From assembly GCF_004010195.1 (NCBI RefSeq), contig NC_057753.1:9165544-9229543 (forward strand): a DNA stretch of 64,000 nt, in the 5' to 3' direction. The stretch comes from Chiloscyllium plagiosum (Eukaryota). The notes below the pieces were generated by a model. It did not search any database. It had not been told where the DNA came from and was given only the letters and a program-made list of their open reading frames with translations. The translations under genes were made by a program, and so were the position numbers. Shown in pieces: positions 1-13,826 of this stretch; position 1 is the first letter of the stretch, and each line of letters opens with the position of its first letter.

Positions 1-992
1 CTCCACTGGCGGATAATTAAACCAATTTGTTTCTACTTGTCCGCTTTTCTGGAGGGAGGGAAGAGTCATTCGCTTTTCTGCTCTCTCTCTCAATCCCTTG
101 GGGTGAGAGGTATCACTTATACTAATGCATGGGAAGTGAGTAACTTTGATGATGAATTTCCTCCAAATGTCTGTTATCGGAGAGATAGAAAGGTGCTGTG
201 CTGGCAGGACAGAAAGAAATGGACACCGAGGACTCTTCGCCCAGGTAAATTCACATTGTTGTGCAGCCTTCTTGGTGTTCAGAAATCGTCTTCACGCAGT
301 AATCTTATGGAAAGTCTATTGCAAAGTGGGCATTGCTTTCTTTGCTGCGACCGCGCAGCAGTTAACCATCTGAGCCCCAAGTGTCCCAGATGAAGAGAAT
401 CCGAGTGAAACCTTCACTCACTGAGAGTCATCCCCACGGCCCTGATCTGAGGGACTGCAGGCAGTCCAACACGGAAGGGACGGTTAAAAATGAACCAGTT
501 TTGCTCCCTCAGCCTCTCTGTCCCAGAGACAGGCAGTGGGACGGCATAAACACGTAGCATCATTCTCGCGCAGACAGAAGCCGTTCAGCCCATCGAGTCC
601 ACGGCGACTGTCTGTAACTTGTCTCTCTCTCTCTCTCTCTGAGGTTATTCACAATCGGTGGTATCCGTCCGAATAGTAGGGGACTATGTCTGAGTCGTGA
701 TGCGGTTTCTGACATGCTTGTCATTTCTCGTCTGAACGAGGGTGGCGAATTACTGCAAGGAATGGACGAAACCGGAAGGCATGTGTTTCAACTTTACCAG
801 CTGATTGGCATCGCAGAGAACTGGTTTTGCTTTTCGGTTCAGAGGAAACCGACGAAGATCAGAATACCACTGAGACCTCTAAAATCATGCCACTTGATTT
901 GACGAGAGCATCGATATGCGACATTTGGTAAGGAAACGCAAAGGCAGCTTGCAGAAGAGAGCAGTGATCTTACTCGAGGTGACGTTGAACAA

Positions 993-1064
993 TAGCAGAG
1001 GATGGTTACGATCCATCCACCTCTGGGTTATGGGCTCAGCACGCTGCCGCTGCGCCACTCTGCT
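993..1064 (-). tRNA. tRNA-iMet(CAT), full length with about 4 substitutions (variant or pseudogene)
   Basis: Reverse complement reads AGCAGAGTGGCGCAGCGGCAGCGTGCTGAGCCCATAACCCAGAGGTGGATGGATCGTAACCATCCTCTGCTA, matching vertebrate initiator tRNA, with changes in the D-loop, anticodon stem, variable region and T-loop. Confidence 0.9.
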
Positions 1065-1846
1065 GCCGCACGTGGCGCCCCTTCCACAGAACACTTCAGG
1101 TGTCCGTCTGGCACGCGGCAGGCACGTTCGAGCCTGATGTCAAAGACCTCCACTGCTGTCGTGTAATATGCCGTTTCGCAGACGTATGGAGGCTGTGTAA
1201 ATATAAACTTATTTCGAAATTCCCACATTCTGTTGGTCGAACTGTGATTTCACACTGAATCACAACATGTCTCACAGCGCAGACGGAGGCAAAGCGGCCC
1301 ACCTTCGCTCTGCTGGTTCTACACTTCAGTAAACGTGTGTCTCTATTCGTTTCATTCTCTCGCCTTCTCAGCGTAAATCTGCACATCTGAACGTGACCAC
1401 CGAATTCCCTTTTGTGTCCATTGAATCTTCCTCTTTGTCAGTGTCAGACAGGGACTTACGAACCCTAACCACTCCCTGTACGAAAACGTTCTTCCTAATG
1501 TCACTTTTACTTCTTTTCCTCGTGACTTTAAAATTCTGCCGAATCGTTGTGGATCCTTTCAGGTGTGGGAGCATTTTCACAACATTATTTCCTGTTTGTC
1601 GGTCTCTCATGACTTGGAAAAGTTCGGTTCTCCGAGGGGAGCTGTCCCAATTTTCCAATCTACCTTGATTGCTGACATTCCTCAAACACTGCACCACTCA
1701 CGTCAACCTGTTGAACACTATCTCCAACCATTTCACTTCCCTGTTTTCTGCCTCATTCGTACTCCAGACAGCCCAACCTCGTTTCACGAAGGCGTTTTTT
1801 GAGAAAATTAATCAGGCAGTTTTGCACAAGTCAAGTTAAAAAACGC

Positions 1847-1937
1847 GGGCTCGTCTGGGATTTGAAGCCGGGACCTCCCGCTAATGGGCACTGTTAAAGG
1901 GCCCTAAGCGGGAATCATACGCCTAGACCAACGAGCC
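1847..1937 (-). tRNA. tRNA-Pro(AGG) with 19-nt intron (1883-1901); T-arm lesions, probable pseudogene
   Basis: Minus strand: GGCTCGTTGGTCTAGGCGTATGATTCCCGCTT-AGG-G[CCCTTTAACAGTGCCCATT]AGCGGGAGGTCCCGGCTTCAAATCCCAGACGAGCCC. A T6 Pol III terminator follows (1838-1843). Confidence 0.88.
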
Positions 1938-3123
1938 AGAGGGCCGGAACGCGACTAACGCCCCACACCGCTTGCGCGACCTGAGACTTGCTCAGTATGA
2001 AATACATTTGAGATTGCTCTGAGAATTGCAAGCGGCAAAGCGTTTTCTGCTTGTCATTCTGTCCCCGGGGCAGAATGGCCACTTCGTCTCATCCCCAGGA
2101 ACTGGACTACCTCCACTGGTGGATAATTAAACCATTTTATTTCTACTTGCACGTTGTTCTGGGGGGTGGGACGGGGTGCGGGTAGAGTCCATTCGCTCTT
2201 CTGCTCTCTCTCTCTCTCTGAAACCCTTGGGGTGAGAGGTGTCAGTTACATTAATGCGGGGAACATGAACAACTTTGATTGTGAACTTTCTCCAAGGGTC
2301 TGTTATCGGAGAGATAGAAAGATGCTGTGCTGGCAGGACAGAAAGAAATGGACACCGAGGACTCTTCGCTCAGGTAAATTCACATGGTTGTGCAGTCTTC
2401 TTGGTGTTCAGAAATCGTCTTCACGCAGCAATCTTACGGAAAGTCTATTGCAAAGTGGGCATCGCTTTCTTTGCTGCGACCGCGCAGCAGTTAACATCTG
2501 AGCCCCAAGTGCCCCAGATGAAGAGAATCCGAGTGAAACCTTCACTCACTGAGAGTCATCCCCACGGCCCTGAGCTGAGGGACTGCAGGCAGTCCAACAC
2601 GGAAGGGACGGTTAAAAATGAACCAGTTTTGCTCCCTCAGCCTCTCTGTCCCAGAGACAGGCAGTGGACGGCATAAACACGTAGCATCATTCTCCCGCAG
2701 ACAGAAGCCGTTCAGCCCATCGAGTCCACGGCGACTGTCTGTCACTTGTCTCTCTCTCTCTGAGGTTATTCGCAATCGGTGGTATCCGTCCTAATAGTAG
2801 GGGACTATGTCTGAGTCGTGATGCGGTTTCTGACATCTGACATGCTTGTCATTCTCGTCTGAACCAGGGTGGCGAATTACTGCAAGGAATGGACGAAACC
2901 GGAAGGCATGTATTTTAACTTTACCAGCTGATTGGCATCACAGAGAACTGGGTTTGCGATTCGGTTCAGAGGAAACCGACGAAGACCAGAATACCACTGA
3001 GACTTCTAAAATCATGCCACTTGATTTGAGTGGATTTGCCGAGTGCATGCCATTGGGATACTCGGCAGCTTGTAGAAGAGAGCACCGATCCAAAGGAAAG
3101 CAGCTCGAGGTGACATTGAACAA

Positions 3124-3168
3124 TAGCAGAGGATGGTTTCGATCCATCGACCTCTGGGATATGGGCCC
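3124..3168 (-). pseudogene. 3' part of tRNA-iMet, truncated at the anticodon stem and joined to a zinc-finger fragment
   Basis: TAGCAGAGGATGGTTTCGATCCATCGACCTCTGGGATATGGGCCC is the reverse complement of the 3' 45 nt of iMet; the sequence then switches abruptly. Confidence 0.88.
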
Positions 3169-3533
<365 letters not shown>

Positions 3534-3810
3534 TAGAGCACGTTTGGATTCTTTGTGGGTGTGACTTATATTAGTATACAAGAGGAAGGGTAGTATTGCT
3601 GAGGCAGGACTGACTGCAGGTAGAGTAGGTGGCGGTGCATGGCTGATAGCATGGAGCAGAGGATCCAGAAAGAGTATTGTTGCTGAAGGTTTCGAATTTG
3701 TAGTGTGTACTGGGTATCCTGTCCAGGTTCAAACTGTGTTGGGCTGAATGTTGTCCGGGGTCCATCTGAGATCAGATGGTTCGATAGGCAGTTCTGAGGA
3801 AAAGCTGATT

Positions 3811-3930
3811 TTGATGAAGGGCTTCTGCCTGAACATCGATCCTGATGAAGGGCTTATGCCCAAAACATCGATTCTCCTGCTCCTGGGATGCTGCCTGACC
3901 TGCTGTCCTTTTTCAGCAACGCATTCTCGA
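3811..3930 (+). mobile_element. Penelope-type terminal repeat with two tandem degenerate hammerhead-like cores
   Basis: TTGATGAAGGGCTTCTGCCTGAAC, then CTGATGAAGGGCTTATGCCCAAAACATCGATTCTCCTGCTCC...GATGCTGCCTGACCTGCTG; same family as 20041 and 29918. Confidence 0.6.
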
Positions 3931-4409
3931 CTATTAGTACTCAAGAGTGCTTACATTCACTGGTCAGTTGAGCACCTATTAAGACACACTTACTGATTTG
4001 GAACATGCAGTGGAGTCGGGAGATGCATACCTGTCATGTTTTATTCTGTGAAAAAGTCTATCCCATGGAAAGATTGGCTCCAGTTTGTCCCTTCCCCAGG
4101 AGGCTGTCAGGACGATAACATGGGAAACAGAGAATGCTTGTCCAGTACTGAAGGTTGGACAAATTGGAAAAATGAGAGTTTCTGATAATGTCTTACAATT
4201 CTGGTGGCTTTTGGAGGTATTTTTGAAATTGTCATGGTCTGTGTGACCCACTGATGTTCCCAGAGTCTGAGCCACACCACAAATGCCAGGATGGAGAAGG
4301 GAATGCAGACATGGGTTATATCCCTCCCATAGAGTCATAGAACCTGACCACATGGAAACAAACCTTTCCGTCCAACTCATCCATGCTGACCAGTTATCCC
4401 AAATTGGTG

Positions 4410-4950
4410 AGGCCACTTCTGAAAAATTGTGTTCAGTTCTGGCCTTCTTGCTATCAGAGGATGTTAAAGTTGAAAGGGCTCAGAAAAGATGTACAAGGAT
4501 GTTGCCAGGCTTGGAGGGTTTGAGCTCTAGGGAGAGTCATAGAGTCTTAGAATCATGGAGATGTACATACGGAAACAGACCATTCATTCCAAATTGTCCA
4601 TGCTGACTAGACATCCAAACCTAAACTAGTCCCATTTGCCAGCACTTGGCCCATATACCTCAAACCCTTCCTATTCATATACCCACCCAGATGCCTTTCT
4701 GAATGTTGTCACTGTAGCAGCCTCCACCATTTCCTTTAATAGCGCATTCCATACACGTGCCACCCTCTGCGTGAAAAAGTTGTCCCTTAGGTCCCTTTTC
4801 TCACCATAAACTTATGCCTGCTAGTTCTGGACTTCCCCACTCCAGGAAAAAAAAAACCTTGTCTATTTCCCCTATCCATGCCCCTCATGATTTTATAAAC
4901 ATGTATAATGTCACCCCTCACCCTCTGACACTCCAGAGAAAGTAGCCCTA
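4410..4950. mobile_element. CR1/HER1 LINE 3' fragments in both orientations
   Basis: + strand KVERAQKRCTRMLPGLEGLS; - strand LLSLECQRVRGDIIHVYKIMRGMDR...SRTSRHKF, the CR1 ORF2 C-terminus. Confidence 0.85.
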
Positions 4951-5684
4951 TATTGGTCAGAGCATTGAGTATATGAATTGGGAGGTCTCTGTCCAATGGT
5001 CACTTACTGTTCCATTCAATAATTCTATAATTGGAAGTATATGACATAGCTAAAGGACAAAAATACAACATATAATTGTATTTGAATCTCGGAGACTAGC
5101 ATATTGAATATATAACCATTTAATAACACTAGATAGATCTCTGTCTCTTCTCAAGTTCCAGTCCTGATAAATGCCTTGCGAACCNNNNNNNNNNNNNNNN
5201 NNNNNNNNNNNNNNNNNNNNNNNNNNNNNNNNNNNNNNNNNNNNNNNNNNNNNNNNNNNNNNNNNNNNNNNNNNNNNNNNNNNNNNNNNNNNNNNNNNNN
5301 NNNNNNNNNNNNNNNNNNNNNNNNNNNNNNNNNNNNNNNNNNNNNNNNNNNNNNNNNNNNNNNNNNNNNNNNNNNNNNNNNNNNNNNNNNNNNNNNNNNN
5401 NNNNNNNNNNNNNNNNNNNNNNNNNNNNNNNNNNNNNNNNNNNNNNNNNNNNNNNNNNNNNNNNNNNNNNNNNNNNNNNNNNNNNNNNNNNNNNNNNNNN
5501 NNNNNNNNNNNNNNNNNNNNNNNNNNNNNNNNNNNNNNNNNNNNNNNNNNNNNNNNNNNNNNNNNNNNNNNNNNNNNNNNNNNNNNNNNNNNNNNNNNNN
5601 NNNNNNNNNNNNNNNNNNNNNNNNNNNNNNNNNNNNNNNNNNNNNNNNNNNNNNNNNNNNNNNNNNNNNNNNNNNNNNNNNNNN

Positions 5685-6620
5685 CATCTATGAACTCTTC
5701 ATCTAAGTTCAGTGAGTGATAGGGAAGGCAAAAGGGAGATTGGCATTTAAATAGAGTATAAAAGTGGGGAGGTTATTGTGAACCTCCGCCTGGAGGTTTT
5801 GATTGAAAGTGCAGTGAAGATTCAACCAGCTGACAGTGGATCTGAATCACATGTAGATCAGACCAGTTTCGGACAGCAGGAAACCAGATAAGTTTTTAAA
5901 ACAAACCACAACGATTTCATCATTAGACTCTTAATTCCAGATTTATATTGAATTCAGATTCCACCATCTGCCGTGGCAGGTTTTGAACCCAAGTCCTGTG
6001 AACATTACCTGGGTGAATGGTCTGGTGACAACAAAGTGGCCATCGCCTCCCCTGAACACATTGGCTTATTGTGTTTAGAGGTAACAAAGACCATCTGCCG
6101 TGGCAGGTTTTGAACCCAAGTCCCGTGAACATTACCTGGGTGAATGGTTTGGTGACAATAAAGTGGCCATCGCCTCCTCTGAACACATTGGCATATTGTG
6201 TTTAGCGGTAACAAAGGAGCAAGAGGTTTCAGCAGCTGCTAAGTTGTTGATATTACACAAGGGAACATCAGCACTCTCAGTAATAGCACATACTGAAGCC
6301 AGGGCCCTGTATCAGAGGTAAGGGCTCGGGATCCACAAGAAATAGGAACAGCAATACGCCATTCAGCCTCTTGAACCTGCTCCTCCATTCAGTAGGATCG
6401 TGGCTGATCTGGCATTCCCCACATCCACTTTCCTGCCCTTTTCCTGTAACGGTTCATCCCCCGACTGATCACGAATCTATCGATCCTAGTTTTAAATGTG
6501 ACAAGAAGGATGTCAACAGAGTTACTGGGGTTGGGGGAGTGGCGGGGGTGTTCAGGTCGAACTTGGGGACTAAAACAATGGCTTCACACTTCACAATATT
6601 TAACTAAGGGAATGTTTATG
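5685..6620 (+). repeat. Dispersed paralogous segment (copies at ~26686-26945 and ~29215-29900), with an internal ~127-bp tandem duplication at 5964/6091
   Basis: TGAACTCTTCATCTAAGTTCAG...GAAGATTCAACCA..ACAGTGGATCTGAATCACATG recurs at ~26690 and ~29220; CCATCTGCCGTGGCAGGTTTTGAACCCAAGTCC occurs twice. Confidence 0.85.
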
Positions 6621-7769
6621 GTTATCCAATGCTGGAAATTGGGCAGACATTCAGATGAAATTATTGGTAAATTATGAATAACAGAGGAGTCGGGAGAGAA
6701 GTGGTGTTCAGGCACAGTTGGATATCATCAGTATAGATGCCAACACCAGCAGCTACGGTTAAATAAATAAGAACGGAAGACGCTAAAAGCAGACCCTCCC
6801 AGAAGATTCAGCGATGTTGGAGAGGGTCAGTACTGTCATTCACCCTGATCAAGGCTGTCCACAGGTCGGCGAGGGAATGTTCATCCCTGTCACCGTTACA
6901 AACGATGTCAAATATGACCTTGATAAGAACTGTTTCAGGGATAGAAACCAGACTCGAGCGCTTTAAACACCGCATTCTGGAAAAGCTGGGAATGGCTTAT
7001 TCAACAATGTTACATCCAAACCAACACTTCCATTGGTGCGATAATTATAGAAGTGTTTTGGTTTTTATTTAGATGATTCTCAGCAATACTGAGTAAGAAG
7101 CAACAAAATTAACACAAGAAATACTGCAATTCCGACAATATGCCTGCTCCCAATAGGAGGCCACCTGGTGTTCACTTAACTGTCTGCAAGGCGCAATATT
7201 GGAAAGGAATTATCCAGTTCATAGCTATAAGAGGGGAGACACAGACTGCTTGATACAAAGGGCGGGAGTAGGCCACTCGGCCCTACGAGCCTGCTGCAAC
7301 ATTCAATAAGATCATGGCTGATCTGAATACAACCTCAGCTCTACATTCCTCCACATCCCCGACAATCTGTCACCCACTTGGTTAGCAAGAACCTGTCTAC
7401 CTCTGCCTTAAAGATTTTGAATTCACTGCCTTTTGAGGAAGACACACAACCATCAGAAAGAAAAAAAATCATCCTCATTTGTGTCTTCTACTTTTAAAAT
7501 ATGACCCTCTATTTTCAGATATTAAGATAGGGATACAAGCTGCATTCAAATAATACCTGTGGTACAGTTAACTATCTCAAAGTGCTTCACGTGAACATAA
7601 TGAGAATTCCTTTAAAAATCACAAGAGTGGAGCACAGATTAGGACAGGTGGCCAAAAACTTGGTCAAAGGAGCAGGTTTAGGGCAATCTTTTAAACAGGT
7701 TCAATTTCCCAAACATCTGAGGACAAAGACGTAAAGAGCAAACACAAAATAGCAAAAGATGGGAAACAA

Positions 7770-8080
7770 CAGTGTGGACATAATGTCACAGGATGAGTAA
7801 TCCAGGGAACATGAGTTCAAACCCTACCACAGCAAGAGGTGAGATGTGAATAATTCAAATCATAAATGGGGAACACAAAATTAGTCTCAGTATGGTATCG
7901 ATGGCACTGACGTCAATTGTCATAAAAGCCCATGTTCACCAATGTCCTTTCAGGAGGGAAACTGCCATGCTTACCTGGTCTGGCTTACATGTGACTCCAG
8001 ACACACAGCAATGTGGTTGACTCTTAAATTGCTCTCTGAATTGGCATAAGCAAGACACCTTGCACTTAGGGATGGATATA
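7770..8080 (+). mobile_element. tRNA-derived SINE with LINE-like tail (degenerate)
   Basis: B-box-like GAGTTCAAACCC, then TTACCTGGTCTGGCTTACATGTGACTCCAGAC...GCAATGTGGTTGACTCTTAA. Related heads occur at ~37920 and (minus) ~5960. Confidence 0.55.
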
Positions 8081-9857
8081 CACCATCAACCTTGTGAAAG
8101 TGTCAGAACAGAAAGTGCTGGAGAAACTCAGCCAGTCTGGCAACACCGGTGGAGAGAGAGAGAGAAAGAAACAGAGTAAATATCCTGGCATGCGTCCAGA
8201 ACAGTTGTGAAGAAGGGTCACAGCACTTGAAATGCTAACTCTGCTTCTCTCTCCACATGTGCTTCCAGTCATATTGAGTTTCTCCAGCAATTGGTGCATT
8301 TTTGTGTTTCAGATCTCCAGCATTGCAGTTCTTTATTACACTGACTTAGGGAAGCTCAAATCCGATAAAAGAACAAAGCAGAAGTGCTGGAATTACTCAG
8401 CAAGTCTGGCAGCAGCTATGGAGATAAAAATAGTTAGTTCTTCGGGTCATTGAATGAACTTAAATCGGGACAAACTTTTGGGGAAGCTGCAAGAGNNNNN
8501 NNNNNNNNNNNNNNNNNNNNNNNNNNNNNNNNNNNNNNNNNNNNNNNNNNNNNNNNNNNNNNNNNNNNNNNNNNNNNNNNNNNNNNNNNNNNNNNNNNNN
8601 NNNNNNNNNNNNNNNNNNNNNNNNNNNNNNNNNNNNNNNNNNNNNNNNNNNNNNNNNNNNNNNNNNNNNNNNNNNNNNNNNNNNNNNNNNNNNNNNNNNN
8701 NNNNNNNNNNNNNNNNNNNNNNNNNNNNNNNNNNNNNNNNNNNNNNNNNNNNNNNNNNNNNNNNNNNNNNNNNNNNNNNNNNNNNNNNNNNNNNNNNNNN
8801 NNNNNNNNNNNNNNNNNNNNNNNNNNNNNNNNNNNNNNNNNNNNNNNNNNNNNNNNNNNNNNNNNNNNNNNNNNNNNNNNNNNNNNNNNNNNNNNNNNNN
8901 NNNNNNNNNNNNNNNNNNNNNNNNNNNNNNNNNNNNNNNNNNNNNNNNNNNNNNNNNNNNNNNNNNNNNNNNNNNNNNNNNNNNNNNNNNNNNNNNNNNN
9001 NNNNNNNNNNNNNNNNNNNNNNNNNNNNNNNNNNNNNNNNNNNNNNNNNNNNNNNNNNNNNNNNNNNNNNNNNNNNNNNNNNNNNNNNNNNNNNNNNNNN
9101 NNNNNNNNNNNNNNNNNNNNNNNNNNNNNNNNNNNNNNNNNNNNNNNNNNNNNNNNNNNNNNNNNNNNNNNNNNNNNNNNNNNNNNNNNNNNNNNNNNNN
9201 NNNNNNNTGACTGACACTTTGTACGTTCTACACCAATCCTCAAGGATAATTCAGAACTGAGCCTATTATCTGGTACTGAATTCACACACCCTAATGGGAA
9301 TGACAGCAACAGAAAATCAGGTAAAACACACACAATGTACAACAAAACTAGACCGTTATTGGGATCTAAGATATTTAAATGAGAGGAGATATGATCCCTG
9401 CAATGATCTGAATGTGAGCTGAACAACTTTCTCACTTGAACAATATTCTCTGGGAATGCAATGTCCACCTCACTGCTGTCTATTCAATTCCTCTGCTCTC
9501 GTTCAGGGCTGAGTTGCGGCTGACCACATGGTGGCGTGGGCGTCAAGAGGTTAGACAATTAAGGTCAACTTGGATTGAGGGCATCCTGTGTCATGCCAGT
9601 GAGGTCGAGGGTCGCTGATTTACTCAACTTATAATCGGGGACAAGGGGATGTCAGGCTGGGCTTGTATCAATTTGCGTTTAGAAGAAACAGATGATCTGA
9701 TGAAGCTGTATAACATCTGGAGAGGACTTAATGTAAATGTAATGTCCACTCATTTCTAGCCAGAGACTAGCCTCTCATTTAAGATAGGAGAGTTTTGTTT
9801 TTCTCTCAAGTGTTCCCAAGTCTTTGAAATTCACTTCTTTAGAGAGCAGCATGTGGT

Positions 9858-10130
9858 GGTGGCACGGTGGTTAGCACTGCTGCCTCACAGCATCACTGAT
9901 CTGGGTTTGATCCCACCCTCGGGCCGACTGTCTGTGTGGAGTTTGCACATTCTCCCCTTGTGTCTGCGTTGGTTTCCCCTGGTGCTCTGGCCTCCTCCCA
10001 CAGTCCAAAGGATGTGCAGGTGAGTGTAGATTGACCATGGGAGATGCAGGGTTACAGAGATAGGGTAACGAGCTGGTTTTGGGTGGGACGGTCAGTCAAT
10101 GTTGACTCGATGGGCTGAATGGCCTACTTG
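9858..10130 (+). mobile_element. HE1-type V-SINE
   Basis: GGCACGGTGGTTAGCACTGCTGCCTCACAGC...CTGTCTGTGTGGAGTTTGCACATTCTCCCC..TGTCTGCGTTGGTTTCC (tRNA head plus V-domain). Confidence 0.85.
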
Positions 10131-10665
10131 CACGCAATTGACCTATATCAATCAACAGTATACTCTTGCTTTATGGTTACCGACTTCACATTACATACGT
10201 GGTTTTGGTTATTTCATCTCTTCCGTCATCATATTCAACCAACTGCAGCATCTCGAAACTTGCTTAATTGCAATATCCAATATCAGCAGAGTACTTTTTC
10301 TTTTTGTCTCGACCATTGTCTTGAAATCTGACGTGTGACCTCTTCATTGCTGTCAAAGTTCCTTATTTGTCCCTACATTGTCATGGTTTTACTTTGTCGA
10401 ATGACTTCCTGGCTTTTGCATTTAAGACCCTATATTCTGCCCTCGTCAACACTTTCCCTTACAATTCTGTACTAAGGATTTCATGAAAAACCTCAGAGTG
10501 TGGTGAGACTGTGAAACTCACTCCCATAGTGAATCGTTGGGGTGAAAGACATTACAACTAAGGGTAAGCAACCCAATACAAATGAGTGGCACTGTCATCA
10601 GATTTACAACAGAGTGAAATTAAAACATGCAATGTCCCTCAATTTCTCAACTGTTCCTAACCAGA

Positions 10666-11855
10666 CTTGATGAAGAACAGACCTTGAACATCAATATTAT
10701 AATTTAAACAAAAACCAATAATTATAAATACGGCAACTTTTCTCGGGCAAAGTTAAAGAAGATAATCTAATTAATAGCAATGATTTAAACCCTTTGATCA
10801 AGTCCCCCACCATCTCAGAGACAGAAACGTAAGCGGTAAATTACGAAAGTTTTTTTTTTAAACTTACCAATTCAAACAAATAGTTTCCAACAATGTATTG
10901 CCAAGCCTTTGTGCAATCCTTGGACTATGACTTTTTCTCAGACACGTAACTGTAAATCTAATTTAAAAGTCACTGCTGAATGGGAATAGACACCCCAAAG
11001 TATTTAGCCATTTCTTACAGGCTGGGACTCATTCCCAGAGAGATCCAACAATTCTTTAACTGGACAGTAAAATCTAGAGAGAACAGCTCCTGAGCTCAAC
11101 AAGCAGCAACGCCCAATGGAAGCAAAGTTGGCGGAGGGGCAGAGCGGGGCAAGGACATAAAACAAAAAAGCCCACTGACTCTCCCACTGCACACACACTG
11201 TCAGAATGCACAGGAGCTCAGTACTGGGAGTGACCCACAGCAGTTTCATCAAGAGAACCACACTTGATGAACATGTCTTGGACACCAGAATTATAATTTA
11301 AACAAAAACAAACAATTACGAATACTGCAAATTTACTAGGGCAAAGTTAAACAAGATAATCCAGTTGATAGCAATGATTTAAGCCTTTTGATCAAGTCCT
11401 CCACAGTCTCATAGACAGAAGCTTAAGGGGTAAATTAAGGAAGAGAATTTTTAAAATTATCAATTCAAGCAAAGAGTTTAGAACTATGGATTGCCACGCG
11501 GTTGGGCAATCCTTCGATGATGAGTTGTTCACAGGCACATAACCGCAAATTTAATTTCAAAGTCACTGCTGAATGTGAATGGATACCCTGAAGTATTAAG
11601 CTATTTCTTACAGACTAGAGCTCGTTCCCAGACAGAGCCAATAATTCTTTAACTGGACAGAAAAAACTAGAGAGAACAGCTCCTGGTTTCAACGAGCAGC
11701 AGAGCCCACAGGAAGCAAAGTTGAGGGTGTGGGGGAGCACGACGGCATAAAACAAAAAAAATCCGACCGACTCTCCCACTATAAGCACTGTCAGAATGGG
11801 CAGGGGTTCAGTCCTCGCAATGGCCCACAGCAGTTTCACCAGCAGAATCAACTTG
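10666..11855. repeat. Tandem duplication of a ~600-bp unit downstream (3') of the minus-strand zinc-finger exon
   Basis: CTTGATGAA...TTATAATTTAAACAAAAAC occurs at ~10666 and ~11263; TTCTTTAACTGGACAG...CTAGAGAGAACAGCTCCTG at ~11052 and ~11645. Confidence 0.85.
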
Positions 11856-11859
11856 TTGG

Positions 11860-12160
11860 GAGCACTGGTGTGTCCGCTTGTGCTTCTGCAAGGTGCAGAA
11901 TGATGAGAACCTCCGCCTGCACTCGGGGCAGGTGAACTGCCTCTCCCTGGTATGGTCCCGCCTGTGCATCAGCAGGTGGGAGGAATTGCTGAAGTCCTTT
12001 CCGCACTCAGGGCAGGAGAACGGTCTCACCCCGGTGTGACTGCGCCCATGAGTCTCCGGGTCAGATGGGAAACGGAAGCCTTTTCCCACAGTCGCCACAC
12101 TTCCACGGTTTCTCCACGAGGCGGGATTCCTTGGGTTTCTCCATGACCGAAGCTTCAGCT
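11860..12160 (-). pseudogene. C2H2 zinc-finger terminal exon, frameshifted
   Basis: Acceptor-like TTTGTGTGCAG, then MEKPKESRLVEKPWKCGDCGK; frameshift; then GFRFPSDPETHGRSHTGVRPFSCPECGKDFSNSSHLLMHRRDHTRERQFTCPECRRRF...HKRTH. Confidence 0.88.
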
Positions 12161-13009
12161 GCACACAAACAGATTATTTGAAAATTTGAAAATAATCTCT
12201 GCCTATAACGTTTTCTGGCTCCACAATCAGAGTGCTGCAACAGTAGTGTCTCTTTTCCAGTCTCACTGATGCTGAAAACGTAATGAAACAGGAACCAAAA
12301 AGCTTGGTTCCTACTCACAGAATCAGAGTCGAAAATTGTTATAGTCCCGATGGATTCAGTGACTGCCATACATTGACGTGAAATTGAGGACTGCAAATGC
12401 TGGAGAGTCAGAGCTAAAGTGCAATGCTGGAAAAGCACAGCAGATCAGGCAGCATCTGAGGAGCAGTCGAGTCAATGTTTCAGGCAAAGCCCTTCAGCTT
12501 TTGATATTGAAACTTCAGTCTTCAAATTTTCAAGTAATCTGTAAAAAGAGATTACAAAAATCATCACTGTCAGTCTAGGTTAGAAATTCCAAACAAGCAA
12601 TTTTACTTTTCGCAGAACATTCTTTTCTTTTGCCACAAAATTGAAAGCACCATCCCACCCCCTCTCACCCCTCTATTCTCACTCCGCTCAAACTAATTCT
12701 CCTCATGGTACTGATTCAGGATCTTACAGAGACCGAAAAGTAAAAACATCAAGACAGACACCTCTGAATTTTGGATACCTCCACCTGAAAGTTAGTATCT
12801 TTCACGACATCTAGGAGTGAGTAAGTCTGATTTTGGAAAGCAAAAAAAGTATCAATTCAGGATGAACCTTCAATGCAGCTTCTTGAGAAACAACCAGAGA
12901 CGGAATGGTTAACATCTGGGGAGGTGGAGGAAATGCGATATCAAGGCATTGGCACCGACACCAGACAGAAACTGAACATACAGGCATGGCAAACATTACG
13001 GGCAAGCCA

Positions 13010-13375
13010 GAGTCATTGAGATACACAGCACAAAAACTGGTCCTTCGATTCAACTCATCCGTGCCGACCAGATAGTCTAAATTCATGTCGTCTCATTTCC
13101 CAGCATTTGGCCCATATCCCTCTGAACTCTTCCTATTCATATACCCATCCAGATGCCTTTTAAATGTTATAATTGGACCTACATCCACTACTGCCTTCGG
13201 CAGATCATGCCTTACACTTTCCTCCCTCACCCCAAACATATTTCCCTCTTGTTCTGGACTTCTCCCATCCCAGGGAAATGACCTTGTCTATTTACCTTAT
13301 CCATGCTTCGCATTACTCTATAAACATCTGTAAGGTTACCCCTTGGTCTCTGGTATACCGGGGGAAACAGCTGAA
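13010..13375 (-). mobile_element. CR1/HER1 LINE 3' end
   Basis: Minus ORF contains RGNLTDVYRVMRSMDKVNRQGHFP; the tail matches other CR1 tails in the window. Confidence 0.75.
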
Positions 13376-13519
13376 GTAATGCACTGCGTGTACTTTTAGC
13401 TTCACACTCACTGAACCTTCCTCCCGTGTAAAAAATTGTTTCCCTCCCCAACACTGTCCATGGGAAAAGCCAAGAGTGCTGAGACTCTGGAGTTGGGGGA
13501 TTGCCACGTAGAATTCCTA

Positions 13520-13826
13520 CAATGTGGAAACACGCCATTCAGCCCAACAAGTCCACACAGACCATACAAAGTGTAACCCATGCAGACACTTTCCCCTATC
13601 CCATTACACTACACTTACTGCACACTGTGGGCCCATTTAGTATGGTCACTTCTCCCGAAACTGCACATCGTTAGATTTTGGAGGAAACCGGAGCAGCCAG
13701 AGAAAACCCACGCAGACACGGCAGGGAGAATGCGCAAACTCCACAGACAGTCGCCCCAAGGCTGGAATAGAACGCGGGTCATTGGTGCAGTGAGGCAGCA
13801 GTGCTCACCACTGATCCATCGTGCTA
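13520..13826 (-). mobile_element. HE1-type V-SINE
   Basis: GGAGGAAACCGGAGCA..CAGAGAAAACCCACGCAGACAC...GCAAACTCCACAGACAG...GTGAGGCAGCAGTGCT is the reverse complement of the 9858 element. Confidence 0.85.

Larger units (their letters stand above)
1..3168 (+). repeat. Direct tandem segmental duplication (~2.1 kb unit: 1-~2110, and partial second copy 2111-3168) carrying tRNA-iMet and tRNA-Pro
   Basis: CTCCACTGG(C/T)GGATAATTAAACC occurs at 1 and 2111. Near-identical sequence follows (paralogous ORFs 37..393 and 2154..2501) up to the tRNA-iMet at 993 and 3124. Confidence 0.95.

Noticed and set aside
1368..1697. Recurrent ORF-like segment (also 35360..35653, 49419..49673, 50731..51201)
   Set aside because: Part resembles a decayed CR1 C-terminus (KSDIRKNVFVQGVV); it recurs because it belongs to the duplicated tRNA-Pro flank.
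37..2676. Similar ORFs 37..393 / 2154..2501 and 146..373 / 2275..2676
   Set aside because: Similarity reflects the DNA duplication. There is no recognisable domain, and frames are broken between copies.
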